Shown here: piece after piece, positions 39,318 to 47,950 of the stretch
How the letters are laid out: each line of letters opens with the position of its first letter
Position numbering within the stretch: the first letter of the stretch is position 1
Translations under genes and position numbers: made by a program
The notes under the pieces: model-generated
The model's input: the letters and a program-made list of their open reading frames with translations, nothing else
Database searches by the model: none
Told to the model about the DNA's origin: nothing
From: a virus
Taxonomy: Duplodnaviria > Caudoviricetes
Reading direction: 5' to 3' (one strand)
DNA: 64,000 nt
Virus record (IMG/VR): IMGVR_UViG_3300044991_001466

Positions 39318-39329
39318 ATATTTATAAGT

Positions 39330-39566
39330 ATGAGAGTGTGTGAAGTAATTGATGTACCACAAAAAGTTGATTGTGAAAACTGTGTCCCTTGTTTAAGATT
39401 AAAAATGATGGAGATGGGGTTTATATGTGGACAACAAATTGAAATAAGTGAAAAAAAGTTAGGATTATATTTGGTTAATGTTTTATCCGGTAGTGGCCAC
39501 GTAGAATCAACTTTAGCGTTAAGACCTGAAGAATTAGATAGAGTTATTTTAAAAGATATATTATGA
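39330..39566 (+). CDS. FeoA-domain (SH3-like) protein
   Basis: RLKMMEMGFICGQQIEI, LALRPEE. Confidence 0.7.
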   Translation: MRVCEVIDVPQKVDCENCVPCLRLKMMEMGFICGQQIEISEKKLGLYLVNVLSGSGHVESTLALRPEELDRVILKDIL

Positions 39567-39742
39567 AAAAATTTATAAGAATTCACGACGACAAAGTTTT
39601 TTTTGGTGTATGTAGTGGTTTAAGTCACCGTACTAATGTTGATCCATTGGTTTGGAGGTTGTTGTTCTTTTTTTTAATATTTTCACCATTCCCAATAATA
39701 ACCGGTTATTTACTAACCACAATTTTAACTGAAACAGTATGA
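39563..39742 (+). CDS. PspC-domain membrane protein (59 aa, absent from the ORF track)
   Basis: Hand-translated MKKFIRIHDDKVFFGVCSGLSHRTNVDPLVWRLLFFFLIF...; ATGA overlaps at both ends. Confidence 0.8.
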   Translation: MKKFIRIHDDKVFFGVCSGLSHRTNVDPLVWRLLFFFLIFSPFPIITGYLLTTILTETV

Positions 39743-40581
39743 AAAAGGTTTTATTAGTTACAGGTTTAATATTAATATTAATATTATTCTGCACAATAAT
39801 GTTGAATGCTCAAGTATCAACTTGGAGGCAAACTGGTGGAAGCGTTCCATCACAAACATCACAATCAACTCAAACAAGAGTTCAACCATCTGTACCACAA
39901 CAACAAAATGTGAGTAGTTGGAGAAACAACCCACCACAACAATCACAACCATTACCACCACGTGGTAGGGGAGGTATTCAAAATTGGGGTCGAGTTAATC
40001 AGTTTGGTTACTATTGGGGTAATTGGGGATGGTATCAACCTTATCCTTATACTTGGTATGATGATTATGGATGGAGACAAAGAAGTGTAATTCATGTATA
40101 CGAAAATGGAAAGAGAGATACTATTAGAAAAGAACGAGTTCATACCGCATTTGGATTTGGGTATACTAATAATAAACAAGCAACTTATTGGGGAATGGTT
40201 GGTGGTAAGAAAGGATATTTTATTATGGATTATGTAATGACTTATGCAAAAGACCAAAACCAATACTTTCCGTATGGACAAATTAACAATGTTGATTTTT
40301 CACTTAGTAAAGAAGATTGGAAAAAAGAATCAACTTTTTATATTGGTGCTGGTAAAAGAATTAATAATATAGGAATACATGGTATGATAGGGTTTGGTAG
40401 TGAAGTTATTAGATGGCAAGGTAAAGATGACTTAGGTGGTATATCATTTCCAAAATCAAATTCAACATTTACAACATTTAAAATTGGAATAATAAAAGAT
40501 TTCAAATTCTTTACTTTAAAATTAGATAACGATCCAATAAGGGGGTACACACAAATAGGAATAGGATTGAATAATAAGTAA
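39739..40581 (+). CDS. Outer-membrane beta-barrel protein with Q/P-rich and W/G/Y-rich N-terminal region
   Basis: Signal peptide; low-complexity linker; beta pattern ending GYTQIGIGLNNK. Confidence 0.6.
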   Translation: MKKVLLVTGLILILILFCTIMLNAQVSTWRQTGGSVPSQTSQSTQTRVQPSVPQQQNVSSWRNNPPQQSQPLPPRGRGGIQNWGRVNQFGYYWGNWGWYQPYPYTWYDDYGWRQRSVIHVYENGKRDTIRKERVHTAFGFGYTNNKQATYWGMVGGKKGYFIMDYVMTYAKDQNQYFPYGQINNVDFSLSKEDWKKESTFYIGAGKRINNIGIHGMIGFGSEVIRWQGKDDLGGISFPKSNSTFTTFKIGIIKDFKFFTLKLDNDPIRGYTQIGIGLNNK

Positions 40582-42161
40582 TGAAAAAAATAATAATATC
40601 TCTCCTAATATTATTTTTTTGTAGTAAGTCTTTTGGACAAAGTACAATAACACAAACGTACATAGACCCGTGTGATAATAAAGTCTATGTTGTTGTAATT
40701 CCATTCGGACAAAATCAAACTGTTGCTGTTATTAGGGGTAAATCTAAAATTGTAACATTAGCCGACATTAGTAGTGGTACTTTTCAAACATGGGTGAATA
40801 GTATATTTGCAACACCTTGTCCACAAAACGATAATATCAGATTAGCACAAGAAGCCGCAGCAAGGGCGGCAGCAGATGCCGCAGCTAGAGCCGCCGCGGA
40901 TGCTGCGGCAAAAGCGGCTGCGGATGCTGCGGCAAAGGCCGCATCAGATGCTGCAGCAAAGGCGGCGGCAGATGCTGCAGCTGCAAGTGCATCGTCAGCC
41001 GCAAGTAATTCAGCATCATCGGCAGCAAGTTCATCGGCAAGTGCCGCCGCAAGTTCTGCAGCTGCAAATGCTGCAACACCTCCACCAATAAACATTGCAC
41101 CTCCACCACCCGCTCCGGTAGTTACTGCACCTCCACCAACGGCAGCACCTCCACCGGCATCAAGTAGTTCATCACCACCTCCCGCAAGTGGTGGTTCATC
41201 TTCTTCTTCATCAAGTAGTTCATCATCAACTGAAGCAAAACCAGCAGAAAGTAAACCAGCGGAAACTAAATCAGATAAACCAGCTGAACAAAAAACCGAA
41301 GAAAAGAAAACTGAAGCTAAGACAGAAGAAAAGAAAGAGGAAACAAAAACAGAAGAAAAGAAATCAGAAGAAAAAAAGACTGAGGAGAAAAAGGAAGAAG
41401 CTAAAAAAGAAGAAGAAAAGAAAGAGGAAACTAAAAAGGAGGAAGAAAAAAAGAAAGAGGAAGAAAAGAAAAAAGAAGAAGAAAAAAAGAAAAAACAAGA
41501 AGTAACAAATCCAACGTTACTTGCGTCAGATATAACCGGTGCAGAACAACCAGACGGAACTTATTTAGCCTCAATTTCAATGGGACTTAGTAAATCATCT
41601 TTGGCGGGTGATGTAAGTTATAGTACAGGATTGGTTGTGAATAGTAATTTAAGTTCTATTGTAATGACGGGTGGAATTACTAAAATGGGATTAACAAAAG
41701 ATGGACAGTTAGATGCAATACATTCATACGGAACCGCATTTGCATATTTAGGTGGGAATTACATGAATTTGTTAGGTTACACTTGGATTAAACCTACACC
41801 AAAAAAAGGTACATATGGTTATAACGTAGGTATTATTAATTTATTTCTTAAAAATGATAGTGGTGGATTTGATTATAATATGGCCAGTTCGGCAATTGTA
41901 TTTTGGACTAAACCTTATCAATATTCAAAAAAATTAACGGTTTCTCCACAAGTGTTTACAATGTTCTCACCCATATCATGGAATAGTTCAAATGGTGAAA
42001 CAAACGTGAATAGACATATGGGATTTTTATTGGGGGCGGCTTTTGATTATAAAATAACAAAAAGATTTGGGTTTAGTTTTAATTACAAAATGAGTGGGAA
42101 TACTAATCCAGGTTCTCCATTTTTAAGTAATTTCTTAATTGGCTCAAGAATGATGCTTTAA
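40581..42161 (+). CDS. Envelope protein with TolA-like Ala-rich, Pro/Ser-rich and Lys/Glu-rich stalk and C-terminal beta-barrel
   Basis: Signal peptide; (AAADAAAK)n; PPPP; (KKEEE)n; beta-rich C-terminus. Confidence 0.65.
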   Translation: MKKIIISLLILFFCSKSFGQSTITQTYIDPCDNKVYVVVIPFGQNQTVAVIRGKSKIVTLADISSGTFQTWVNSIFATPCPQNDNIRLAQEAAARAAADAAARAAADAAAKAAADAAAKAASDAAAKAAADAAAASASSAASNSASSAASSSASAAASSAAANAATPPPINIAPPPPAPVVTAPPPTAAPPPASSSSSPPPASGGSSSSSSSSSSSTEAKPAESKPAETKSDKPAEQKTEEKKTEAKTEEKKEETKTEEKKSEEKKTEEKKEEAKKEEEKKEETKKEEEKKKEEEKKKEEEKKKKQEVTNPTLLASDITGAEQPDGTYLASISMGLSKSSLAGDVSYSTGLVVNSNLSSIVMTGGITKMGLTKDGQLDAIHSYGTAFAYLGGNYMNLLGYTWIKPTPKKGTYGYNVGIINLFLKNDSGGFDYNMASSAIVFWTKPYQYSKKLTVSPQVFTMFSPISWNSSNGETNVNRHMGFLLGAAFDYKITKRFGFSFNYKMSGNTNPGSPFLSNFLIGSRMML

Positions 42162-42191
42162 AAAAAATCCTCGAAGTAAAAACTCCGAGGA
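42160..42191 (-). terminator. Intrinsic terminator for minus-strand transcription
   Basis: Minus strand gtcctcggag/cttcgaggat followed by a U tract. Confidence 0.7.
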
Positions 42192-42194
42192 CAT

Positions 42195-42228
42195 GACAAA
42201 AAATAGATGTATCTCTCCAAATACATTA
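42195..42228. repeat. R2: second copy of the ~33-bp repeat (ATGTAT-N8-ATACAT)
   Basis: gacaaaaaata-g-atgtatctctc-caa-atacatta. Confidence 0.8.
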
Positions 42229-42243
42229 ATAAAATATAAAAAA

Positions 42244-42573
42244 TTAATTTTTATTTGTCAACTCTTGATAAAGATTTTTTATTTCACAACATTTTTCATA
42301 ATCTTCAATCATTTCAAAATAAGGGATTAAATCTCTTTTTAATACTATAGATTCTTCTTTATGAAATATGAATTCAGTTTCCCAATCTACGTTCATAATT
42401 TTTGCAGACACAAAAAGGACTAATGATTTTTTTCTTGTATTCTTAAATTCTTTAAATATATTTAAAATATTTTCATATATAACGTCTTTATTTTCATCAT
42501 AAAAATCGGTAAAATCTTTATATTTTCCATTAATTTGTAAAGAGATGAACGGTGCAGATTTTCTAGTTCCCAT
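42244..42573 (-). CDS. Hypothetical protein
   Basis: ORF 109 aa. Confidence 0.6.
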   Translation of the reverse strand: MGTRKSAPFISLQINGKYKDFTDFYDENKDVIYENILNIFKEFKNTRKKSLVLFVSAKIMNVDWETEFIFHKEESIVLKRDLIPYFEMIEDYEKCCEIKNLYQELTNKN

Positions 42574-42642
42574 TAAGTTTAGTTTAGTTAGTTAGTAAAT
42601 GTTAGAACATAAAATTACAAATAATATTTTAATTAAAAAAAA

Positions 42643-43134
42643 TTATTTTTCCCCCTTTGTTCTGTCCCATTTAGCCGCTCTTGCTTCTGGTGACAAATGA
42701 AGTTTTTCGTCTATAGTGTGTTCAATTTTAACCCTAATACAGGTCTGAGGTGTCCTACAGTTCATAAAGTAGTTATTTATATAACCCATCATGTTTGCAC
42801 TACCAATAGGATTGGCTGAATGGACATAAATTTGAGGTAAGGGTATTTTAGTATTCATACTTTCACTTACCAAATATCTACAACAATCCATACCGGTTTT
42901 TTCATCAATGTTATTATAATTTAATTCATAATTATTTTTAACATTTGTATAATATTCAATCATAGCACCATCACCTAAATCGTGATCAAGTGATATAACA
43001 TCAAAATTTTCTAATCCATGTAATTTAATTTTTGCAACAAATTCATCGTAATTACGAACAATTATCCAATCATTATCCAAAGGCGTACGAACGTCATCCA
43101 AATACAATCTCAATTTATTATTAATTTTCATCAT
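42643..43134 (-). CDS. Cyclic-phosphate-processing receiver-like domain protein
   Basis: LYLDDVR.P, ISLDHDLG, KTGMDC, HSANPIG; adjacent to RNA ligase. Confidence 0.7.
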   Translation of the reverse strand: MMKINNKLRLYLDDVRTPLDNDWIIVRNYDEFVAKIKLHGLENFDVISLDHDLGDGAMIEYYTNVKNNYELNYNNIDEKTGMDCCRYLVSESMNTKIPLPQIYVHSANPIGSANMMGYINNYFMNCRTPQTCIRVKIEHTIDEKLHLSPEARAAKWDRTKGEK

Positions 43135-44158
43135 TTTTAAATGGCTTTGAATAATTTGGATATATAATTTTCCAAATATTTTTTTTATGTTCTTTTCCGT
43201 CTAACATGTTAAATAAAATGTTAGAGTGTCTATATTCTTTTGCTCTAATCGCAAACTCTTTTCTATCTAAATTTCGTGATTTTAAATTCTCATAAATCTC
43301 AATATAGTCCTTATTAATATTATCAAATCTAATAGTAAAATCCCTAATAGTTTCTTTAACCCAACCGTTAAATTCGTCTGGAACTCTTTCAAGTAATTCA
43401 TCGAACGGTTTATTGTCTTTCAAATATTCCCATATATCACGATTAGATATGTTAGTTAAAATTTTGTGAAGTCTAACATATTCTTCTCCTTTGATTTTCA
43501 TACGAAAACCATTCTTAAATTTAATTACATATCCCTCTCTGTCTTTACTAATTTCTTCTTTAAGTAAATCATATCCTTCTCCCCAAGTCTTATATGTCAT
43601 TACAACTTCAAATCCCGAATCCTGCGTCCAAAACAAACTACTATCAGGTATTTCTTCACCTGTTTCTGTATGAAAACCACCAATAACAACTAATTTTTCT
43701 TCACCTTTATAATCAACAACAATTCTATTTTCAGGATAAATAATTTCAAACAAATATGTATTGTCTTTTCTCCATGCACTGATGTCGTGTCTATCAAGAA
43801 TTTCTTTACCCTTAATTGCCTGTGGTGATGTGAATGATCCGCGTGTTGCCATTATCCACTCATTTTCATAATTAAAAAGAATACCTAATGAACCATCCAT
43901 CTTTTCATATACGACATAATCTTCATTTGGAATATCTTCTGGTTTATGTTCTTCGTAGTTGAAAAATTTCTTAAATGGTCGAGCAACAATATCACCTTTT
44001 GAATTTGTAACCAATCCACGACATTGCAAAGTAATCTCATCCCATAATCTTTCGTACTGAACTTTTGGACTATAATTCCAAATAGTTAAATCAAGGGTTG
44101 GATGGGTTTGTTTATGTAACAAACCATCTTTGTGGTATCTTTCTAATGTTTCTAACAT
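43121..44158 (-). CDS. T4 Rnl1-like RNA ligase
   Basis: CRGLV, KKFFNY, EKMDGSL (motif I), FEII, EGYVI, KIKG..Y. Confidence 0.9.
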   Translation of the reverse strand: MLETLERYHKDGLLHKQTHPTLDLTIWNYSPKVQYERLWDEITLQCRGLVTNSKGDIVARPFKKFFNYEEHKPEDIPNEDYVVYEKMDGSLGILFNYENEWIMATRGSFTSPQAIKGKEILDRHDISAWRKDNTYLFEIIYPENRIVVDYKGEEKLVVIGGFHTETGEEIPDSSLFWTQDSGFEVVMTYKTWGEGYDLLKEEISKDREGYVIKFKNGFRMKIKGEEYVRLHKILTNISNRDIWEYLKDNKPFDELLERVPDEFNGWVKETIRDFTIRFDNINKDYIEIYENLKSRNLDRKEFAIRAKEYRHSNILFNMLDGKEHKKNIWKIIYPNYSKPFKNDEN

Positions 44159-44403
44159 TACTTGATGGGTTTATAAAATCCAATATTGTAAGTCCATTTC
44201 AACCAATTAAATGACAAGTATATACCACATAATTTATTATCTAATAATGTTCTATGTGATTCTGGTTCACATGTTTCAAAATAAAAATATACAAAGGGTA
44301 ATGGGTATACAGCCCATTGATTTTTAAATAAACTTGAATGAAATTTCATATTTCGTTGTTTTGGTAATGTTGTTTTAAAATAAGATTCAATAAATTGACT
44401 CAT
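44158..44403 (-). CDS. Hypothetical protein
   Basis: ORF 81 aa, translationally coupled. Confidence 0.55.
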   Translation of the reverse strand: MSQFIESYFKTTLPKQRNMKFHSSLFKNQWAVYPLPFVYFYFETCEPESHRTLLDNKLCGIYLSFNWLKWTYNIGFYKPIK

Positions 44404-44832
44404 CTATAACTTTATTTCAAACCTATCCTTCATTTGTTGGAGTTTATTTTCGGGTACTCCGTGAATATTTTCATTACCATGTCTGTTTTCAACAACCACA
44501 CAATGTACTCGGTAATTATACCTTTCAGCCATTTCAAAATAAGTTTTCATTTCCCATTCTTGGGTAAAAGTATTTGCAACAACTATACGAGCAATTCCCT
44601 GTCTCATTCTTTCTGAACATCTAAATTGACAATAGTTATGTGCTTCTTTTATTTTGGTGCCATCAAAAATATAATCACCATCATCGTTAACAAAAAAATC
44701 ATCCGCAGATAAAACTTCTTGCGGATTATTATTTGGTTGTAATAATATAATATTTGCTATTGTTGATTTTCCTGAACCAGGAATTCCTCTTAAAAGTATT
44801 AAATCACCATTTATTTCATTTACATTATCCAT
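44404..44832 (-). CDS. P-loop polynucleotide kinase-like (AAA_33) protein
   Basis: LLRGIPGSGKST, SADDFF, VVANTF..WE, HGVP. Confidence 0.85.
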   Translation of the reverse strand: MDNVNEINGDLILLRGIPGSGKSTIANIILLQPNNNPQEVLSADDFFVNDDGDYIFDGTKIKEAHNYCQFRCSERMRQGIARIVVANTFTQEWEMKTYFEMAERYNYRVHCVVVENRHGNENIHGVPENKLQQMKDRFEIKL

Positions 44833-44886
44833 AGGAGAGATTTAGAATTAAAAAATAGGGGAAGGAATAACCCAACCCCCAATTTC

Positions 44887-45069
44887 TTATTTTACAACTG
44901 CGCTGTCTGCTGGAATTTCCCCAGCATTTCCTGTTTCGGGAAGTGAAGTAGAAGTTGTATCGGCTTGAACCGAAGTTGAGTCAGTTGTTTGAGTTGCGGT
45001 TGACTCTGAACCACAAGCTGATAGTGTAAGTGCTACACCAAGAGCCAAAATAAATGTTACTTTTTTCAT
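44887..45069 (-). CDS. Small lipoprotein
   Basis: Start MKKVTF at 45069; lipobox LSAC; Ser/Thr-rich. Confidence 0.7.
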   Translation of the reverse strand: MKKVTFILALGVALTLSACGSESTATQTTDSTSVQADTTSTSLPETGNAGEIPADSAVVK

Positions 45070-45114
45070 ATATAGTAAATATACGATTTTTAAATCACAA
45101 AACAAAATTTCAAT

Positions 45115-45216
45115 AAAAAACCCCAACGAGATGTCGGGGTTTAAGGTCTTTGGGTGGGTTCAACCCCACTTACTTATTAAAAAAACGAAAAGGTAATCGA
45201 CAAAGAGAACCTTCAA
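45115..45216 (-). ncRNA. Candidate small RNA E2, complementary to E1
   Basis: Late motif ATATTTATATTC on the minus strand at 45217-45228; outer stem aaggt..ctttg/caaagacctt; inner gtggg/cccac; terminator hairpin 45118-45142 with U tract. Confidence 0.55.
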
Positions 45217-45251
45217 GAATATAAATATATATGTTTTTACAAAAAAACAAA

Positions 45252-47273
45252 CTATTTATCAATCTTTTTCGTGATTATTAATTTTTGATCTTTGGATTTT
45301 AAAGTGATTTGTTCATTTTCAACAATGTTACCTTTCAATATTTCTTCACTTAAAAAATCTTCACAAAGATTTTGGATAATTCTTTTAATAGGTCTCGCAC
45401 CATATTCTTCTTGTGAATTTAATTCAAATACTCTTAAGGTTACTGATTTGTCAAAAGTTACCTTGTAGTTTTTATCTTTTAAACGATTATTCAATTTACC
45501 AATTTCAATATTGATAATTTTCTTTAAGGTTTCATCATTTAATGAATTGAATAGAACAACATCGTCAATACGATTTAAAAATTCAGGATTAAATTGTTGT
45601 TTTAATGCCTTTTGAATCATTGTCTTTCTAACTTCATATTTTTGAACTTCAGAAGATGATGTTGAGAACCCAACTCCACCACCAAACTCTGAAACTTTTT
45701 TGGCTCCGATGTTTGATGTCATGATAATTAAACAATTCGTAAAATTAACTTTTCTACCAAATGAATCTGTTAAATGTCCTTCATCTAAAATTTGTAATAG
45801 TAAATTGAAAACATCCTTATGAGCCTTCTCAATTTCATCAAATAAAATGACAGAGAATGGGTTATTTTTAACTTTCTCAGTTAATTGACCCCCTTCATCA
45901 TAACCAACGAAACCTGGAGGAGAACCGATTAATTTTGAAACGTTATGTCTATCCATATATTCGCTCATATCAATACGAATAATTTTTTCAGGGTCACCAA
46001 ATAAAAATTCAGCTAATGTCTTCGCCAAATATGTTTTACCAACACCGGTGGAACCTAAGAAAATAAACGAACCTATTGGTTTATTAGCGTCTTTTATTCC
46101 AACACGATTTCTTCGTATTGATTTAGATATTGTCATTACAGCCTCTTCTTGACCAATTACTTTTTCCCCAAGTAATGTTTCAAAATTTAATAACTTTTGA
46201 GTTTCTTTAGAATCTAATTTTGAAATTGGTACTCCAGTCATTTCGGAAATAATCACATAAACGTCATCAACTGATACGGGTATTTTATTATCTTTTTGTT
46301 TTTCAGACCATTTTATTTTTTCGTCTTCAAGTTTATCCATTATTTTTCGTTCATCATCTCTTAATTTGGCTGCTTGCTCATAATTTTGAGATTTCACTAC
46401 TTGGATTTTTCTTTCTTTAATTTCGTCCGCCTGTTTCTTTAATTTTTCAATGGATTCAGGAATTCTAGTTGAAATCCTTTTTTCAGAACCAAGTTCATCT
46501 AAAACATCAATCGCTTTATCAGGAAATTGTCTATCAGTGATATAACGACCTGCAAGTTTAACGATAGTTTCAATCACTCCATCTTCATACGTTACTTTAT
46601 GAAATTCTTGATATGAATTTTTTAGATTTTTTAAAATCTCAATCGTTTCTAATGATGTGGGTTCTTTTAAAATAACTTTTTGAAAACGACGAACTAATGC
46701 CCCGTCTTTTTCAATGTGTTTTTTAAATTCATCAAAGGTCGTCGCACCAATACATTGTAATTCTCCACGAGCCAATGCTGGTTTAAGAATATTTGCGGCG
46801 TCCATTGCACCACTCGCATTACCCGCACCAACCATAGTATGTAATTCATCAATGAATATGATAACATTTGGGGCTTCTTGTAATTCATTAATAATTGCTT
46901 TTATCCTTTCCTCAAACTGTCCACGATATTTAGTTCCAGCAACTAATGACGTTAAATCTAAAGACATAATTCGTTTATCCAATAAATTTGTTGGACAATC
47001 ACCTTTAAGAATCATTAATGCTAGTTTTTCAACTAATGCAGATTTACCCACACCAGGATCACCCACAATAACGGCGTTGTTTTTCTTTTTACGAGAAAGA
47101 ATTTGAGCAATTCTTTTCACTTCCTTGTCCCTACCAACAACAGGGTCAATCTTACCTTCTTCTGCAAGTTTTATTAAATCTCGAGAAAAATTATCCAAAA
47201 TCGGGGTATTCGAACCTTTCCTTACTTTCTTAGGGTTAACTGTTGGTCCATCTTCAAAAAAATCTACTGCCAT
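45252..47273 (-). CDS. clpC: ClpC-like AAA+ ATPase lacking the N-terminal repeat domain
   Basis: GDPGVGKS, FIDELH, GATT..E, UVR coil, GSTGVGKT, RIDMSEY, FDEIEKAH, GARP. Confidence 0.9.
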   Translation of the reverse strand: MAVDFFEDGPTVNPKKVRKGSNTPILDNFSRDLIKLAEEGKIDPVVGRDKEVKRIAQILSRKKKNNAVIVGDPGVGKSALVEKLALMILKGDCPTNLLDKRIMSLDLTSLVAGTKYRGQFEERIKAIINELQEAPNVIIFIDELHTMVGAGNASGAMDAANILKPALARGELQCIGATTFDEFKKHIEKDGALVRRFQKVILKEPTSLETIEILKNLKNSYQEFHKVTYEDGVIETIVKLAGRYITDRQFPDKAIDVLDELGSEKRISTRIPESIEKLKKQADEIKERKIQVVKSQNYEQAAKLRDDERKIMDKLEDEKIKWSEKQKDNKIPVSVDDVYVIISEMTGVPISKLDSKETQKLLNFETLLGEKVIGQEEAVMTISKSIRRNRVGIKDANKPIGSFIFLGSTGVGKTYLAKTLAEFLFGDPEKIIRIDMSEYMDRHNVSKLIGSPPGFVGYDEGGQLTEKVKNNPFSVILFDEIEKAHKDVFNLLLQILDEGHLTDSFGRKVNFTNCLIIMTSNIGAKKVSEFGGGVGFSTSSSEVQKYEVRKTMIQKALKQQFNPEFLNRIDDVVLFNSLNDETLKKIINIEIGKLNNRLKDKNYKVTFDKSVTLRVFELNSQEEYGARPIKRIIQNLCEDFLSEEILKGNIVENEQITLKSKDQKLIITKKIDK

Positions 47274-47400
47274 ATTTAATAAGTTTTATGTATACAAACA
47301 TAACACATTCTATACAAAAAACCAAATAATAGACAAAATGTCAAAAATTTTTTTTTATCGATTATTTTTTGTATTATTGTTAATATAAAACTATAAAATC

Positions 47401-47646
47401 ATGTCAATAAAAAAAGAAAAAATCAGTGGGGAAATGATTGATGTAACAATCAAATCTTCAAGTCTTAAGTCAGCATCTTATGACTCATTATCAGAAAGAT
47501 TAACAATTACATTCAATTCGGGGGCTTCTTACGAATACCGTAAAATCCCAATGTTATTGTTTACTAAATTTAGACTGGCAAAGTCTCAAGGGACGTACTT
47601 TAACAAGTTCATCTCTAAAGAGTTTAAATTTAAAAAATTAGATTAA
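47401..47646 (+). CDS. KTSC-domain protein
   Basis: KSSSLKSASYD..L.ITFNSG..YEY...A.SQG.YFN. Confidence 0.8.
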   Translation: MSIKKEKISGEMIDVTIKSSSLKSASYDSLSERLTITFNSGASYEYRKIPMLLFTKFRLAKSQGTYFNKFISKEFKFKKLD

Positions 47647-47649
47647 AAC

Positions 47650-47679
47650 GAAACCCCGAGAAATCGGGGTTTTCTTTTT
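47650..47679 (+). terminator. Intrinsic terminator
   Basis: gaaaccccga/tcggggttttc plus T tract. Confidence 0.75.
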
Positions 47680-47704
47680 GATATTTATTACATATATTAA
47701 TGAT

Positions 47705-47950
47705 ATGGGAATAACATCAGAAAGAATCGAGGGTAAGATGATACACGTTATCATCAACTCATCAAATTTAAAAGAGGCATCTTATAACACAGAGAGCGAG
47801 GACTTAACTGTCACTTTTAATAATGGAACTATTTATGAATACAATAAAGTTCCTTGGACAAAATTCACTAAGTTTAGACTTGCTGAATCACAAGGAAAAC
47901 ACTTTAACGAAAATATCGCTAAAGGACATAAGTATAAAAAAATAGGATGA
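47705..47950 (+). CDS. KTSC-domain protein (paralog)
   Basis: Start MGITSE at 47705; NSSNLKEASYN...AESQGKHFN. Confidence 0.8.
   Translation: MGITSERIEGKMIHVIINSSNLKEASYNTESEDLTVTFNNGTIYEYNKVPWTKFTKFRLAESQGKHFNENIAKGHKYKKIG

Noticed and set aside
40784-41505. Alternative-frame ORFs over the Ala/Pro/Lys-Glu stalk
   Set aside because: Low-complexity codons lack stops in other frames; no evidence of overprinting.
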